Source: Hypanus sabinus (lineage: Eukaryota). From it: a stretch of DNA of 64,000 nt. The notes below the pieces were generated by a model. It ran no database searches. It worked only from the letters and a program-made list of their open reading frames with translations, and was not told where the DNA came from. A program made the translations under genes and the position numbers. Shown here piece by piece: positions 26,580 to 37,389 of this stretch. Within the stretch, counting starts at the first letter, position 1, and the number at the start of each line of letters is the position of its first letter. Location of the stretch: the NCBI RefSeq assembly GCF_030144855.1, contig NC_082714.1, positions 94,178,001 through 94,242,000 on the forward strand, in the 5' to 3' direction.

Positions 26580-27530
26580 GACGGATCTGATTTGTATATT
26601 AAAATTGATGAAACAAGTTGGTCAAGATTATGTCTTGACAGTATGACAAAAACAATAAATGTTCGGCTCAGATTAGTACAATATAACTTTTTTCATCTAA
26701 TATATATTTCACCTCAAAAAAATAAATATATTAAACTGAAATTTATCTTATCAATGTTTTCGATGTAATCACGAAATTGGTACATTTTTACACTCTACTT
26801 GGTCTTGTTTGAAAATTCAACCTTTTTGGACAAACGTAAGAGTTTTAGTGGAACAAATTATTGGAATACAACTGCTACATAATCCAACATTATTTTTACA
26901 AGGCGATATTGAAGGGATAAAATTAAAATCCAAAATGAATAAATATCAGAAAGAATTCATAAAAATTGCATTAGCAGTAGCCAAAAAGGCTATTGCAGTT
27001 ACTTGGAAATCGGATTCATACTTAAGTATAGATCGTTGGATGAATGAATTTTTAGCTGCATTCCACTTGAAAAAGTTATTTATAATTGAAGAGGTAAATA
27101 TGAAATCTTTCTGAAAATCTGGCGCCCTTACTTACAAAAAAAAAGATTAAATATATAAGTGCTCCGAAGATAAAATTATTGGTTATCTGGGGAAAGAAAG
27201 AAATATACATATTAAAGCTATTATGAACTCCGTGGAACATGTGGGGATNNNNNNNNNNNNNNNNNNNNNNNNNNNNNNNNNNNNNNNNNNNNNNNNNNNN
27301 NNNNNNNNNNNNNNNNNNNNNNNNNNNNNNNNNNNNNNNNNNNNNNNNNNNNNNNNNNNNNNNNNNNNNNNNNNNNNNNNNNNNNNNNNNNNNNNNNNNN
27401 NNNNNNNNNNNNNNNNNNNNNNNNNNNNNNNNNNNNNNNNNNNNNNTCAGGGGGAGGGGTTAAAGGGAAGGGGGAAGAGTTGATACCTTTATTTTCTTTC
27501 TATAACCTATTTGAAAATTCAATAATTTTT
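26580..27530 (+). mobile_element. 5'-truncated L1-clade 3' end (second subfamily) spanning the gap
   Basis: CFRCNHEIGTFLHSTWSC followed by ORF 26809-27114 IQPFWTNV...AVAKKAIAVTWK; AATAA/A-rich tail near 27517-27550. Confidence 0.8.
27249..27446. other. Assembly gap (run of about 198 N)
   Basis: N characters in the sequence. Confidence 1.
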
Positions 27531-28867
27531 AAAAAAATAAGTAAATAAAAGGACGGGCACAGTCCAGATGCACTTTCACCAACCCTGTCTACATGTGTTG
27601 CTCTCATCAACAATTTGTGGACTTCAATTCGAAGAAATCTCCGTACATTTAAGTGTTTTTAAGTGTCGACCATTAGTGTTTACTTTCCCCTTTTCTTTGA
27701 CCATTTCTCTACCACCAGTACAAAACCTGACGCTCGGCGGAATAAATCAGTCCTGAACACAGATGCTGAAAAACACTCTCAAAGTGCTGGGGGAACTCGG
27801 TAGGTCAGGCGGCATTTCTGGAGAAGTGTAATCAGTTGAGATTTCGGGCCGATACTCGACATCAGGACTAAATCTATCTTTTCATTGCCCTAATCTTCAA
27901 TTGGCCCATATTTTGCTGTTACCTTTAACAGGCCTCTTTACCGATCCCTGAGGGACACCACTTGTCACAAACCTCTATACCGAATATTTGCCTTTGTGTT
28001 AAGACTTGGGTTTATATGTGTACATGATGTGATTTTCGACCAAGATAATAGAACCACTTAGTGCAATCAAATACTCAGTATAATTGGTTTATTGTTGTAC
28101 CGAAGAACGGAGAAAAAAATCTTTCTTTCACGTCCATTCCAGAGAGTTCGTTTCATCACATCAATGCAACCGCAATTGGTCACTGGCAAAGCCCTCCATA
28201 TAGCATCCTCCACCACCCCCCGCCCCACCCTCCTCAACATTAAACTTCATCCGTCTTCTCCTTAACCTGCGTACGAAGCTTCTGTTTAACTTCAGCTTTT
28301 GTGAAAATATCCAGTAGGAATCCCGAGTGAAAACGAGCAGTACGGTTTTCAGGCGAGAAGTTAAACTGAAGCCTGCTTATTCATGGCCACTCCACGGTAA
28401 ACAAGAAACAGTGACTCCTTTCCGTCCCTGGCGCCAAAATCTATCTATACAGACCAAAGACCACTAAAAGGCCGGTTTGTGGGAACTTAAATGCTGCCAC
28501 ATCGATTAGAAAAACACTTCGTTGTGTATTAAACAACTTCGGAACGCAGAAGGAGTGAAGCATGTTAGAAACGTTCTCGTCTGCCTCCATCACAACCATC
28601 TGCACCGGTAAACATCGCCAAACCACTTCATCAAATGTCTTTAGATTTAAAATTAACCCTGACAAGTTAGCCGCCCATTCCACTGTATGCACTTCTCTGG
28701 AGAAAGACTTCCTGTCCTAATTGGGCCTTCATGATAAATCTAACGACTGTCCTGTCAACTGTGTCACACCACAGGGTTAGCAATATTTAGAGTACTTGGA
28801 ATGTGGTCTGACCAACGCGAGCAGACTTGTATTTTTATGTGTTTGCAGACTGTGTTCCATTTGTTTG

Positions 28868-28897
28868 CACCTGGCCCCGCGTAAACAGGAAACCGCA
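28868..28897 (+). promoter_or_regulatory. E-box plus overlapping ETS and RUNX motifs about 150 bp upstream of the leader ATG
   Basis: cacctg at 28868-28873, aacaggaa at 28884-28891, aaccgca at 28891-28897; a second cacctg near 28996. Confidence 0.4.
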
Positions 28898-29036
28898 GCG
28901 CGCCTCTAAGTGTTTTTCAATTTACGATTGATTTTCAACATTTACAAAGGATCTCAAACCCTCCCTTGCACCAACTTTACAAACCGATGAACACGCACCT
29001 GGTATTAACACCCGGAGTGTAACTCAGTCACGAACA

Positions 29037-29079
29037 ATGAGATGCTCTACGGTCTTCGCGCTCTCTTACTTAGTGCAAG
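29037..29079 (+). pseudogene. Leader exon MRCSTVFALSYLVQ (phase 1)
   Basis: ATG at 29037, hydrophobic stretch, donor caag|gttagc at 29080. Confidence 0.6.
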
Positions 29080-29755
29080 GTTAGCGACCCGAATTTCGAG
29101 CAGAGAAAAGCTTGGGCAGCTAGTTCAGAGGGAATGTTGATCGTTAATTAATTGAAGAGATTTGGCAGAATAAATAAGGGAGTTCTAATACCAGAGGGCA
29201 TGCATTTATGTTGAAATGGTGTAGTTTCGAAGGAAATGCAAAGGGCCGATAATAGTGGTACCTGGAATACACTGAGGTGATGGTATAGGCAGAAATATTA
29301 GAAGTTTTAAAATTCGTTTAGATAGGCGCATTAATGCAAGGAAAGTGGACATTTTCTCGGCAGAAGAGATTGGATGGCCACTTGATTATTAATTTAATTG
29401 GTTCGATACAAAAGGGCCATGTCGATATATATTCCATGTCGATTTTTTTATTTAACCACCGATTTTCGATAATCGGGGAAGGCAGAGGTAGAATTAGTAA
29501 GGTAGTTTACTCGGGAAGAAGGTGCGGTAAAGTAATTCCTACCCTACCAGGGAATGTAATAGCTGGAATAATTTCCAACAGAGATTTAACAAAGGGATTT
29601 AGGTATAATTATGGGATTATAGAAGCGGATAGTACAACTAATTGCAGAGACGGAGTATACTGCCCTTTCTATGTTCTAAAGTCTCCATTCGCTGTTGAAG
29701 TCGCTGTGTCATCCGTGCGAGGTCCACATCTGTGATCAAATCTTCCTTTTCTCAG

Positions 29756-30077
29756 TTTCTTTTGTCTCAGGCCGCCTTGTTCCAGCCGGTTCAGACCGTC
29801 CGTGTCGGAGATCGGGCCATTCTGAATTGTAGCCGGGACAGCGGTGTGCTCGCTGTTGTAAACTGGTATAAATGGAGCGACCAAAGGCACCTGCAGTTCG
29901 TTAATAGGGTGGGCACATCCGTGGAAGCAGAGGGGAGGTTCTCGGGGCAAGTGGACGAAAAAACGGATACTTACTCCCTGGTGATTGAAAACGTCCTGCG
30001 AAATGATTCTGGGATCTACTTCTGCGCAGCCCAGCTCTATGGCGAGTTCGGCAATGGATCCAATCTAGTGGTCACAG
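29756..30077 (+). pseudogene. VJ-type Ig V-set exon
   Basis: Acceptor tcttccttttctcag; LNC...NWYK...GRFSG...YSLVIENV...DSGIYFC...FGNGSNLVVT; phase-1 donor cacag|gtaacc at 30078. Confidence 0.93.
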
Positions 30078-32160
30078 GTAACCCGCAGAAACAAGTTCAA
30101 CAATTCTGCTGATCTCGGGACCCTTTTTAAAAGTCCATCACCCCTACTGGGCATGGGAGCTGAAAGCAACACGCCAGAGTCTTCTATCGCGGGTCACTTT
30201 TAAATTGCCCCAGTGTGTAGCCCATTTTCGAAGGTCCCCCTTCTCCCAGGGAGCTCCTGTTTGCGTTACTGTTGCACTGGAGTTTTACGGAATAGGGTAG
30301 CGTATCCCATACCCAACCCTACTCCTTTCGTAGCAGGGTTTAGGACTATACCTGGCGGCATTGTCTTGGGGCCAGAGGGTACGTAGAGGCTATAATTAGT
30401 ACGTCCACAATGAGACGAGAATATATGGTGCTGTTGGATGTGCGAAGATTAGGTTTGAGCTACAGAGCGATACAGATTAGGTTAGTTCATATAATTTAGA
30501 GGTACAGCACAGCACCAGTTTCTTCTAGTCCAATGAGTCCACATTGCCCAATTAACAGTTAATTTTCACGTCTTTAGAACGTGGAACGAAATCCGCGCGT
30601 TCTGTATTAATCCTTGCATGTAGCGACGGGGATTGAGCCACAGTCTTACAGTTAGTTCAGTACAACGTTGCTATAACCCTTACGCTACCGTGCCACCCTT
30701 AAAGGTAGTTAGAATAAGGGCAGATGAAGTTTGCATCTGAGACATTTGAGGGGATGTGTTTTGAAAGCTCGGGAACAGATATAATGAACAGCAGTAGCCT
30801 AGGAAAATTTGAGACAAGGTGCTGAAGCAAATATACCTAATACTTGGCAGCAATTGCGGCGGAATAGACTCTAAGTGCAAGGAAGCGTACATATTCAAAC
30901 TGTAAAACATTAATCAAAACAAAATTGGAGTCCTGGACGTTAAACTATAGCAGGAGCGCGATTGCGCTGGAGAGGATTTTTAAGATCTGGTCAAGAGAGT
31001 TTTTAACTAAGAGTGTTTGTTCCCAATGAGCTATACTTTTGGACCCTTATCGAAGTGAATGAAGTTGGTTATAAGAGCATAATATATCTCAACACTGTTA
31101 TGACTTTCGTCCCATTGAGTCTTCTCAGCCAATTCCTCGCTGCAGATTTATTTTGTCTCTCAACCCCATTTTCCTGTCTTCTCCCCGTGACCTTTGACGA
31201 CAACGGCCCTATGAATTTCACCATAGTCACCTCAGAATTTATAGAATGGGAGAAACCGGTTACAAAACATTCAACTCATCACAAGACATAAGTAGTTCAG
31301 GCCCGAAAATGACTTATTCACCGCCGACTCTCTGTTGTCTAAGCATTCCCCTCTGCTGGCCAATATACCGCTTCCCAGCGTCGGGCGCGCTAAACTTGTG
31401 AGCTACCTGTCACAGATGGAGCATTTCTGAACATGCGTGACCCTGCAGGTTCTAATTCGCCTTTACCCATCATATTTTCTATGATCTGAATAGTTAGTAA
31501 ATTTCAAACTCAAACCAAGCAACCGCCATGGTCCGGATGTATATCTCTGTGGGCCCTTTGAACGGAGCTCTTGTACGATTTAGATAGGTACATGGATGAA
31601 AGGAAAATGGAGGACAATGTAGAAGGGGAGGATTACACTGCTGTTAAAGTAAAAATTTCGGCACAACATCGTTATGCCTACAGGCTGTGCTGTACAGATT
31701 TCCCTTCCGTCATCTATTCATCACAAAAGCTAGTCGTCAGGGCTCTTGCATCTTGTAATTCAACTACACTGCGCTTTCTCTGTAACTGCAATACTTCTTT
31801 CCCCAGTTTCTCATTTTATGCTACACGGTGTTTCATGCGCGTTGTGATCTGTCTAGATGGCAAACTTCTTACTGCATCTCGATTGATTTGATAATAATAA
31901 ACCTGGTACTAATTTGTATAACCTTCCAAGATTTTTTAGATTCCAAATTAGACCCCAGATACAAAGTTTGAAAAGGAAGTTGACCAATCAGATCAATTTT
32001 ATGACATCCCCTCAGGGTCTGACAATCCTCAATCTAGTGCTTGTCATTCGCCGAGTCAGGTCTCAAGACACACTGTCCCCGATTCCTGACCTTTGTATCC
32101 CCTTTTAACCTTACCGCATAGAAACGGAAATCATAATTGTTTTGATTCTTTGTTACATAG

Positions 32161-32476
32161 ATACCAGCAACGTCTTCTTTACTCTGAAGCAGCAGGAATA
32201 TCTGGTGGAATGCCACATGATGGCACTGAAACGTGCACATTTCACATAGAGGACGTTCGAGAGCCGGATTGAAACCGTGTCCCGAGAGTTACGAGCTACC
32301 TTTATAATAGAACAGAGCGAAAATATCCGAGACAGAGCGAAAAAACAGAGAATGACGTTGGCCAGCAGGCGAAGGATAATCAGAGACCACCATCCCCAAC
32401 CTTGAAAGAAGTGTTGCAGTAAGGACAGCAAAAATTATCTGTATCAATCGAGTGTCAGACCAGAGCAGAAGAATAT
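32161..32476 (+). pseudogene. Degenerate C-like Ig exon
   Basis: Acceptor ttctttgttacatag; phase 1 gives DTSNVFFTLKQQEYLVEC(32211)HMMALKRAHFT*. The TAG at 32247 sits 12 residues after the Cys, where Trp is expected. Later LASRRRI, TGA at 32403 and CC at 32412-32417. 3' end uncertain (donor at 32419 or about 32477). Confidence 0.55.
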
Positions 32477-33290
32477 GTAAATGCTATCGGGAGCTAAAGT
32501 ACCAGTATGGGTTAGTTGGGCCGAATAGCCCGTTCCTGTGACGAATAGGGAGGCATTTGGATAGACTGTTGTAAAGATCTATGGTCAGTGTTTTCAGAAG
32601 GAATGAGAGATTAGAGCATACGAACACAAAACATCGTGTCTGCTCCGCTAGTCAATCGTCGCTGCTTCACTATCCTTCTCAACCCTGTTCCCCTGCCTTT
32701 TCCCGAAACCTCTGACACACTTTGCTAATCGAGAAACCATCAACCTCTGCTTTAAATATATCAATTGTAAACTCAGCTCGCTCCATCATGGCCAACACTC
32801 TCCTTAGTATGCAGGACACCTTCAAAAGGCCATGCTTCAAAAAGGGGCATCTGTCATTATGCCCCCCCATCCCCGAGGACATGACCTCTGCGCATTGCTC
32901 CTCTCAAGTTGAAACTATAAGAGCCTGAAAAGTTTTAGGATCAGCACCTTCCCGTCCGGCATCAGATATCTGAATGGACAATTAACACATGATCACTACC
33001 TCACAATTTCCCTCTCATTTTGCACTACTTACTTAATTTGAAGACAGACAGACAGATAGCAGGACACATACATATACTTCTTATTGTAATTTATAGTTTT
33101 GATTAATGCGCATATCAATATACTGCTACAGCAACACAGCAAGTCTCACGACAAATGTCTGATTCTGATTCTGATAATACCTTGAATTTATGTACAACCT
33201 GCTGAGAAATTAGGACTCAGAGGCCAACAAATGCAGCTTGGAACTGATGGTAAATCACTTTCAATTGAAAGTCGTTTCTATGTCCTTCAG

Positions 33291-33410
33291 ACAGACTGCA
33301 GGTCCAACTCTGTCATGTGCTTTCACTTGGCCTGGCGGCCACCCTCGTATTTATTGCTGTAGGGACGACCACTGTGGCCATTAGGAAGTATCGGAAGGAA
33401 CGCAAACCAG
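33291..33410 (+). pseudogene. Transmembrane exon
   Basis: Acceptor tttctatgtccttcag; DRLQVQLCHVLSLGLAATLVFIAVGTTTVAI followed by the basic RKYRKERKP; the expected donor reads ccag|ATaacg instead of GT. Confidence 0.8.
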
Positions 33411-33511
33411 ATAACGTGCTGACCTCAACCTAAACATGACCTGAACTTCTCGCCAAACGGTGAATAATCCCTTTGAAGAAAGGCTAACTTCTAAACATCT
33501 CTTTCCATCAG

Positions 33512-33570
33512 TAAAAGGAGAAACGGCAGACACAAGCACCACCGCCCGGCGAAAGGATCGAGAACGTGAC
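33512..33570 (+). pseudogene. Cytoplasmic exon 1 (VKGETADTSTTARRKDRERD), phase 1 to 0
   Basis: Acceptor ctctttccatcag, strong donor gac|gtaaga, 59 nt. Confidence 0.65.
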
Positions 33571-33639
33571 GTAAGAACAGTCAATTTCAGGCTAAAGCCA
33601 TATTCCGGCGTTTTCAATCACATCAGTTTCTAGAGCTAA

Positions 33640-33900
33640 CTGAGACTGGTGCAAAAAAAAAACAACCAACCAAACAAACAAACAGCATTCGGAGAGTGGC
33701 AGTGATATGGACGAAACGACTTGTTAATGAGGGAGATTAGAGGAGAATGGGCAGACTGGTTCAAGTTGATAGGAAGGCAAAAGTACATTAACTCAGCACG
33801 TGGTACGACAGTGGTGTCAGAAGAGCAACTCTCAGCGCACATTCCGTCAAAACCTGAAGTGAATGTGCTACAACAGAGGAATACCACACTGGGTTCCACT
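33640..33900 (+). mobile_element. Tc1-like fragment in a receptor intron
   Basis: acgacttgttaatgagggagattagaggagaatgggcagactggttcaagttgataggaaggc matches the other Tc1 pieces. Confidence 0.7.
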
Positions 33901-34599
33901 CCTGTACCCAATAATGCCATTTACATACAGGTAATAGCTTTGCGCTTAGAATAGTACAACATGGGAACTGGTCCTTCAGCTTACGATGCTCTGTTGAGGT
34001 AATTTAATTAGTAATGAAATGCGCAGCTACACTAAATACTTCCGCTTGAAGAATGTCCATATTCTTAAATTTCCAGCACATCGATGTACCTATCGTAAAA
34101 CCTCTAGAACTACTCTATCGCATTTGGCTCCACCAACAACTTGGGCAGCGAATTCTAGTCTCCTCCCATTCTCTGTGTTAAAATAAAATGGATCCGCACA
34201 CCTCTTTTGAACTTACCCAGTTTTCCTTAAACGCATGCCACGTTTCAACAATGTGGAAAAGCGATACTGGCTACCTTTTCTATTTGTGTCTCTCATAGTC
34301 TGTAAATCTCTTTCAAATTGCCCCTTAGTCTCAGAGGTACAAGAGAAAACAACCTAAGTTTGCTCAAGTACAAGTTCAGTTTATTGTCACGTATATCGCC
34401 AAACGTAACAACGTTCCTCCGGACCAAGTTGCACAACGTAGTACATATAACTTACACACCACACATTAAGTAATATAACCATAATAACAACAAATAAATT
34501 AACCAGTAATACGATGCATACGGCACAAGTCAAAAGTAAACAGTAGAACGCTATTGACACTTCATACGTACTGAGACGTGGGTGGTGGCAGGGAGTTCA

Positions 34600-35950
34600 G
34601 TAGTCTTATTACCTGTGGGTGAAGAAGTTTCCCACCCTAAAAGTTCTTGATTTAATGCTCCGGTACCGCCTGCCTGATCGTTGTGGATGAGAAAGATTTT
34701 TGGAGGGATTACTGACAATGCTAAGAATTCGGACGCAGGATCAGACTCTCCTTATATTAGATGCTCTGCATTCCACACAGCATCCCAGAAAACATTTTCT
34801 GCACTTTATCCATTGCCTCAACATCTTTCCTAAAATGGTGCTGTCCAAAATTGAATGCAATACTGTCTGAAAGTCTAACTACGGGATCTTTTAAGCTCCA
34901 ACATTATTTCCCGACTCTGGAACTCATTTCCTTGACAGATAAAGGAAAGAACGCCATGTGCCTTCTGAGCACTCTAACAAGCTGTGTCGTCACGTTCGCT
35001 ACATTAGCTACGTTTTCGTTCTCTGAGACCTCGCCTGTGGCTAGAGAGGACACTGAGATATAGGTCGAGCATCCAGCAATTTCATCTCGTGCCCCTGTCA
35101 ATAACCCGGCGTATATCCCATCAAAACACCCACTTGATGTTCCTTAAGAGGCACAGTACTGCCTCATTCTTTATTTCATAGTGCACAAGCAAATTCATAC
35201 CCTTCACATTGATCTCGCACCTTGCACATCTTTCTCCTTAATGTTAAGCACTGAACCACATCCTTCACATCCAAGCACATGTTCCCTCATTTATCATTCA
35301 GTTGTCTTACCTGTTCCGAGTTATCGTCTTGCTCTTGATGTATGAATAGAACATATTCATACATATCCCCCCCCCCAGGGATTCTCTCTAATCCAACTTC
35401 CCAATGATTTTTCATGGTCTTTTCTGACTTTCCTCACCACTTCGTGTTAGATTCTTGCTTCTGTATAATTCTTATGGACTCCAACTGATTGGTTAGCTTT
35501 GCAAACTTTTTTTAATCAAAAGATCCCCTTTTCTCTTGAATCAAATGCGCTACCTATCTTGATATTTGTGCCCAAACAGCTGCTCCCAGTTGACGTCCCC
35601 TAGTTTCTGTCTAATATTCTGCAAATTTACCCTGCTCGAGTTTACTCGTATTTATAATAACTGTTCTCCCAGTGAAAAGTTAGTCACTAGACCAGGCTGA
35701 TTATCAAACTCCTGTTCAATTTTGCCCCATCCACTTTCTGGAACACCTGCACATTAATATAGAAACTATTTAGTATTCACCAAAACAGATGCTGCGCTAT
35801 ATAAATCTCTTGCTTTAAGGAGTCCCACTTGATATTAGGGAATTTGAAGTTACCCACAACAGCCCTAGTGTTTTTATACCTTTGTGTAGGATTCATTGTC
35901 TTAAAACAAATTACGGATACGACGATAACACCAATCCATGCACGTTCATG
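34600..35950 (-). mobile_element. CR1-type LINE fragments (APE to RT)
   Basis: tgtccaaaattgaatgcaatact and gggaatttgaagttacccacaac are typical reverse-strand CR1 segments. Confidence 0.65.
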
Positions 35951-36830
35951 TGAACCTTAGCTGGTGTCCCCCGGTCGGCGGGAAGGTTTCAAAGGAGGAG
36001 CGGTCGGGTTTCCAGACTCGCAGCAGCGAACGTAGACACTGCAGGCGTTATTCCGCAACTGAGGAGTGAAAAAATCTTGGGAGGTCCTGGAATTGCGGAA
36101 GAAGAGAAAGAATACAACAGGGAATGAAATTGGGCCGGGAATTTGAGGAGATTTCATTTGCAGGGAAACAGCGTGAAAGTGAGGATTACAGTTCGGCGAG
36201 GAGATAAAGATTGGAGTGTGCTGCATTGATAAAGGGGTTTAGGATTTGGTCCAATTACACAGATAGCGAAAGGTTTAGAAGGGTTACACAGATAGAGGGT
36301 TTCGGGGCTGGAGAGGTCACACAGAGGGGTATACGTATTGGAGGGGTTACGCAAATAGACTGACGTGTAGGTGCCTAAACAGTCACACAGAGATCAGTGC
36401 AGAAACTGAAGGGATTTGCATAGATAGGAAAGGACATTGGTGTTGGTGGCGTTAGATGCGGAAGGATACAGAGACAATGTAAGGCCGACAGATACTGTAT
36501 TTAAGGGGCAACAAGAGTCCATGGGCTGTAGGATATTATCGATACATTAGGTCCAGGACTGGACAAGATTACCCAAAACAGGGAATAAATATAGAAAAAT
36601 TGGAAGGATATCACAGCGGCAGCTTCAGCGACCGAAAAAGAAGATCCTGCGTTTAGTTGTTGGCTGTAATCAGGGAAATTAAAGCTGAATGAAACTCCTT
36701 GCTCCATAATATAACATCCCTTTGATCTGGAATTAACGCGTGATTAAGTTTCCCGATACACGCAACCTGGCGGGGAATGGTGCAGGGTGGGGAGTGATAC
36801 GGTAACCAATCACATGCCATTCCCTTACAG

Positions 36831-36863
36831 ATCTACGCCCAGCTGGCGATTGATACTAACTGA
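36831..36863 (+). pseudogene. Terminal cytoplasmic exon IYAQLAIDTN* (YxxL motif), phase 0
   Basis: Acceptor catgccattcccttacag; phase matches the preceding donor; a polyA signal follows. Confidence 0.55.
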
Positions 36864-37389
36864 TCTGGAAATGCAGAGTGAATATTATCCTCCCTGAACA
36901 ACGAAAGATTTCGACCTTGATTCGTACGTGTGGAGCAAGAACAACAAAGGAGTAGTATGATTAAATGTTTTTAAAGAGTCGTGTTAGTAATGGCAGAGGC
37001 TGAGCAACTTACAGTGCGGGAGCGACAAACCGGACCCGCCGACACGAAAACGTGCGCTCTGGAAAAAAAAGTTAGTGCACAGGTGGCCCAATTGACTAAC
37101 GGCGTCTTTGATCGGTCGCATGAGCACTTGTTCAATTCCGGGATCCCTCCATCCAAAACCGCACTCAGAGCTCCCTCAGTCTCAGACCAATCTGTAATAA
37201 TAAACAACGGTTTATCTGTAGTCCAATCCTTCATTATGTATAGCTTGCTACGATTAAAACTAACCCTTTTGCTAACTATTGCTTGAATAAATTATCATCT
37301 GGCACGATATGTAGATTTTTTTCTTGGGTATCTAAGCTTCCAATTGGTGGCGAGCCACTTGTATGAAATTGTCCAAAGGTTGATTGCAC

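Larger units (their letters stand above)
29037..37204 (+). pseudogene. Germline-joined VJ / C-like Ig / TM / tyrosine-motif receptor gene (NITR-, SIRP- or TCR-like architecture), probably inactivated
   Basis: Six exons with compatible phases (1,1,1,1,0) apart from a 1-nt shift at the L/V junction; AATAAA at 37199-37204 after the last exon. Confidence 0.75.

Noticed and set aside
27223-27483. ORFs spanning the N run
   Set aside because: Artefacts of the assembly gap.
29334-29950. ORFs 29334-29735 (+) and 29669-29950 (-) near the V exon
   Set aside because: Intronic or antisense to the V exon, with no domain signature.
30020-30400. Rearranging TCR/Ig V segment with an RSS
   Set aside because: No CACAGTG plus nonamer after the second Cys; the J-like motif is already in frame and followed by a splice donor.
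33965-34005. AYDALL mini-exon as an extra tyrosine motif of the receptor
   Set aside because: Only 19 nt, and it matches the reverse complement of the common CR1/SINE 3' tail.
36981-37286. 101-aa ORF downstream of the receptor
   Set aside because: It overlaps the inferred 3' UTR and polyA signal, and the paralogous segment at 1-140 shows no sign of frame conservation.
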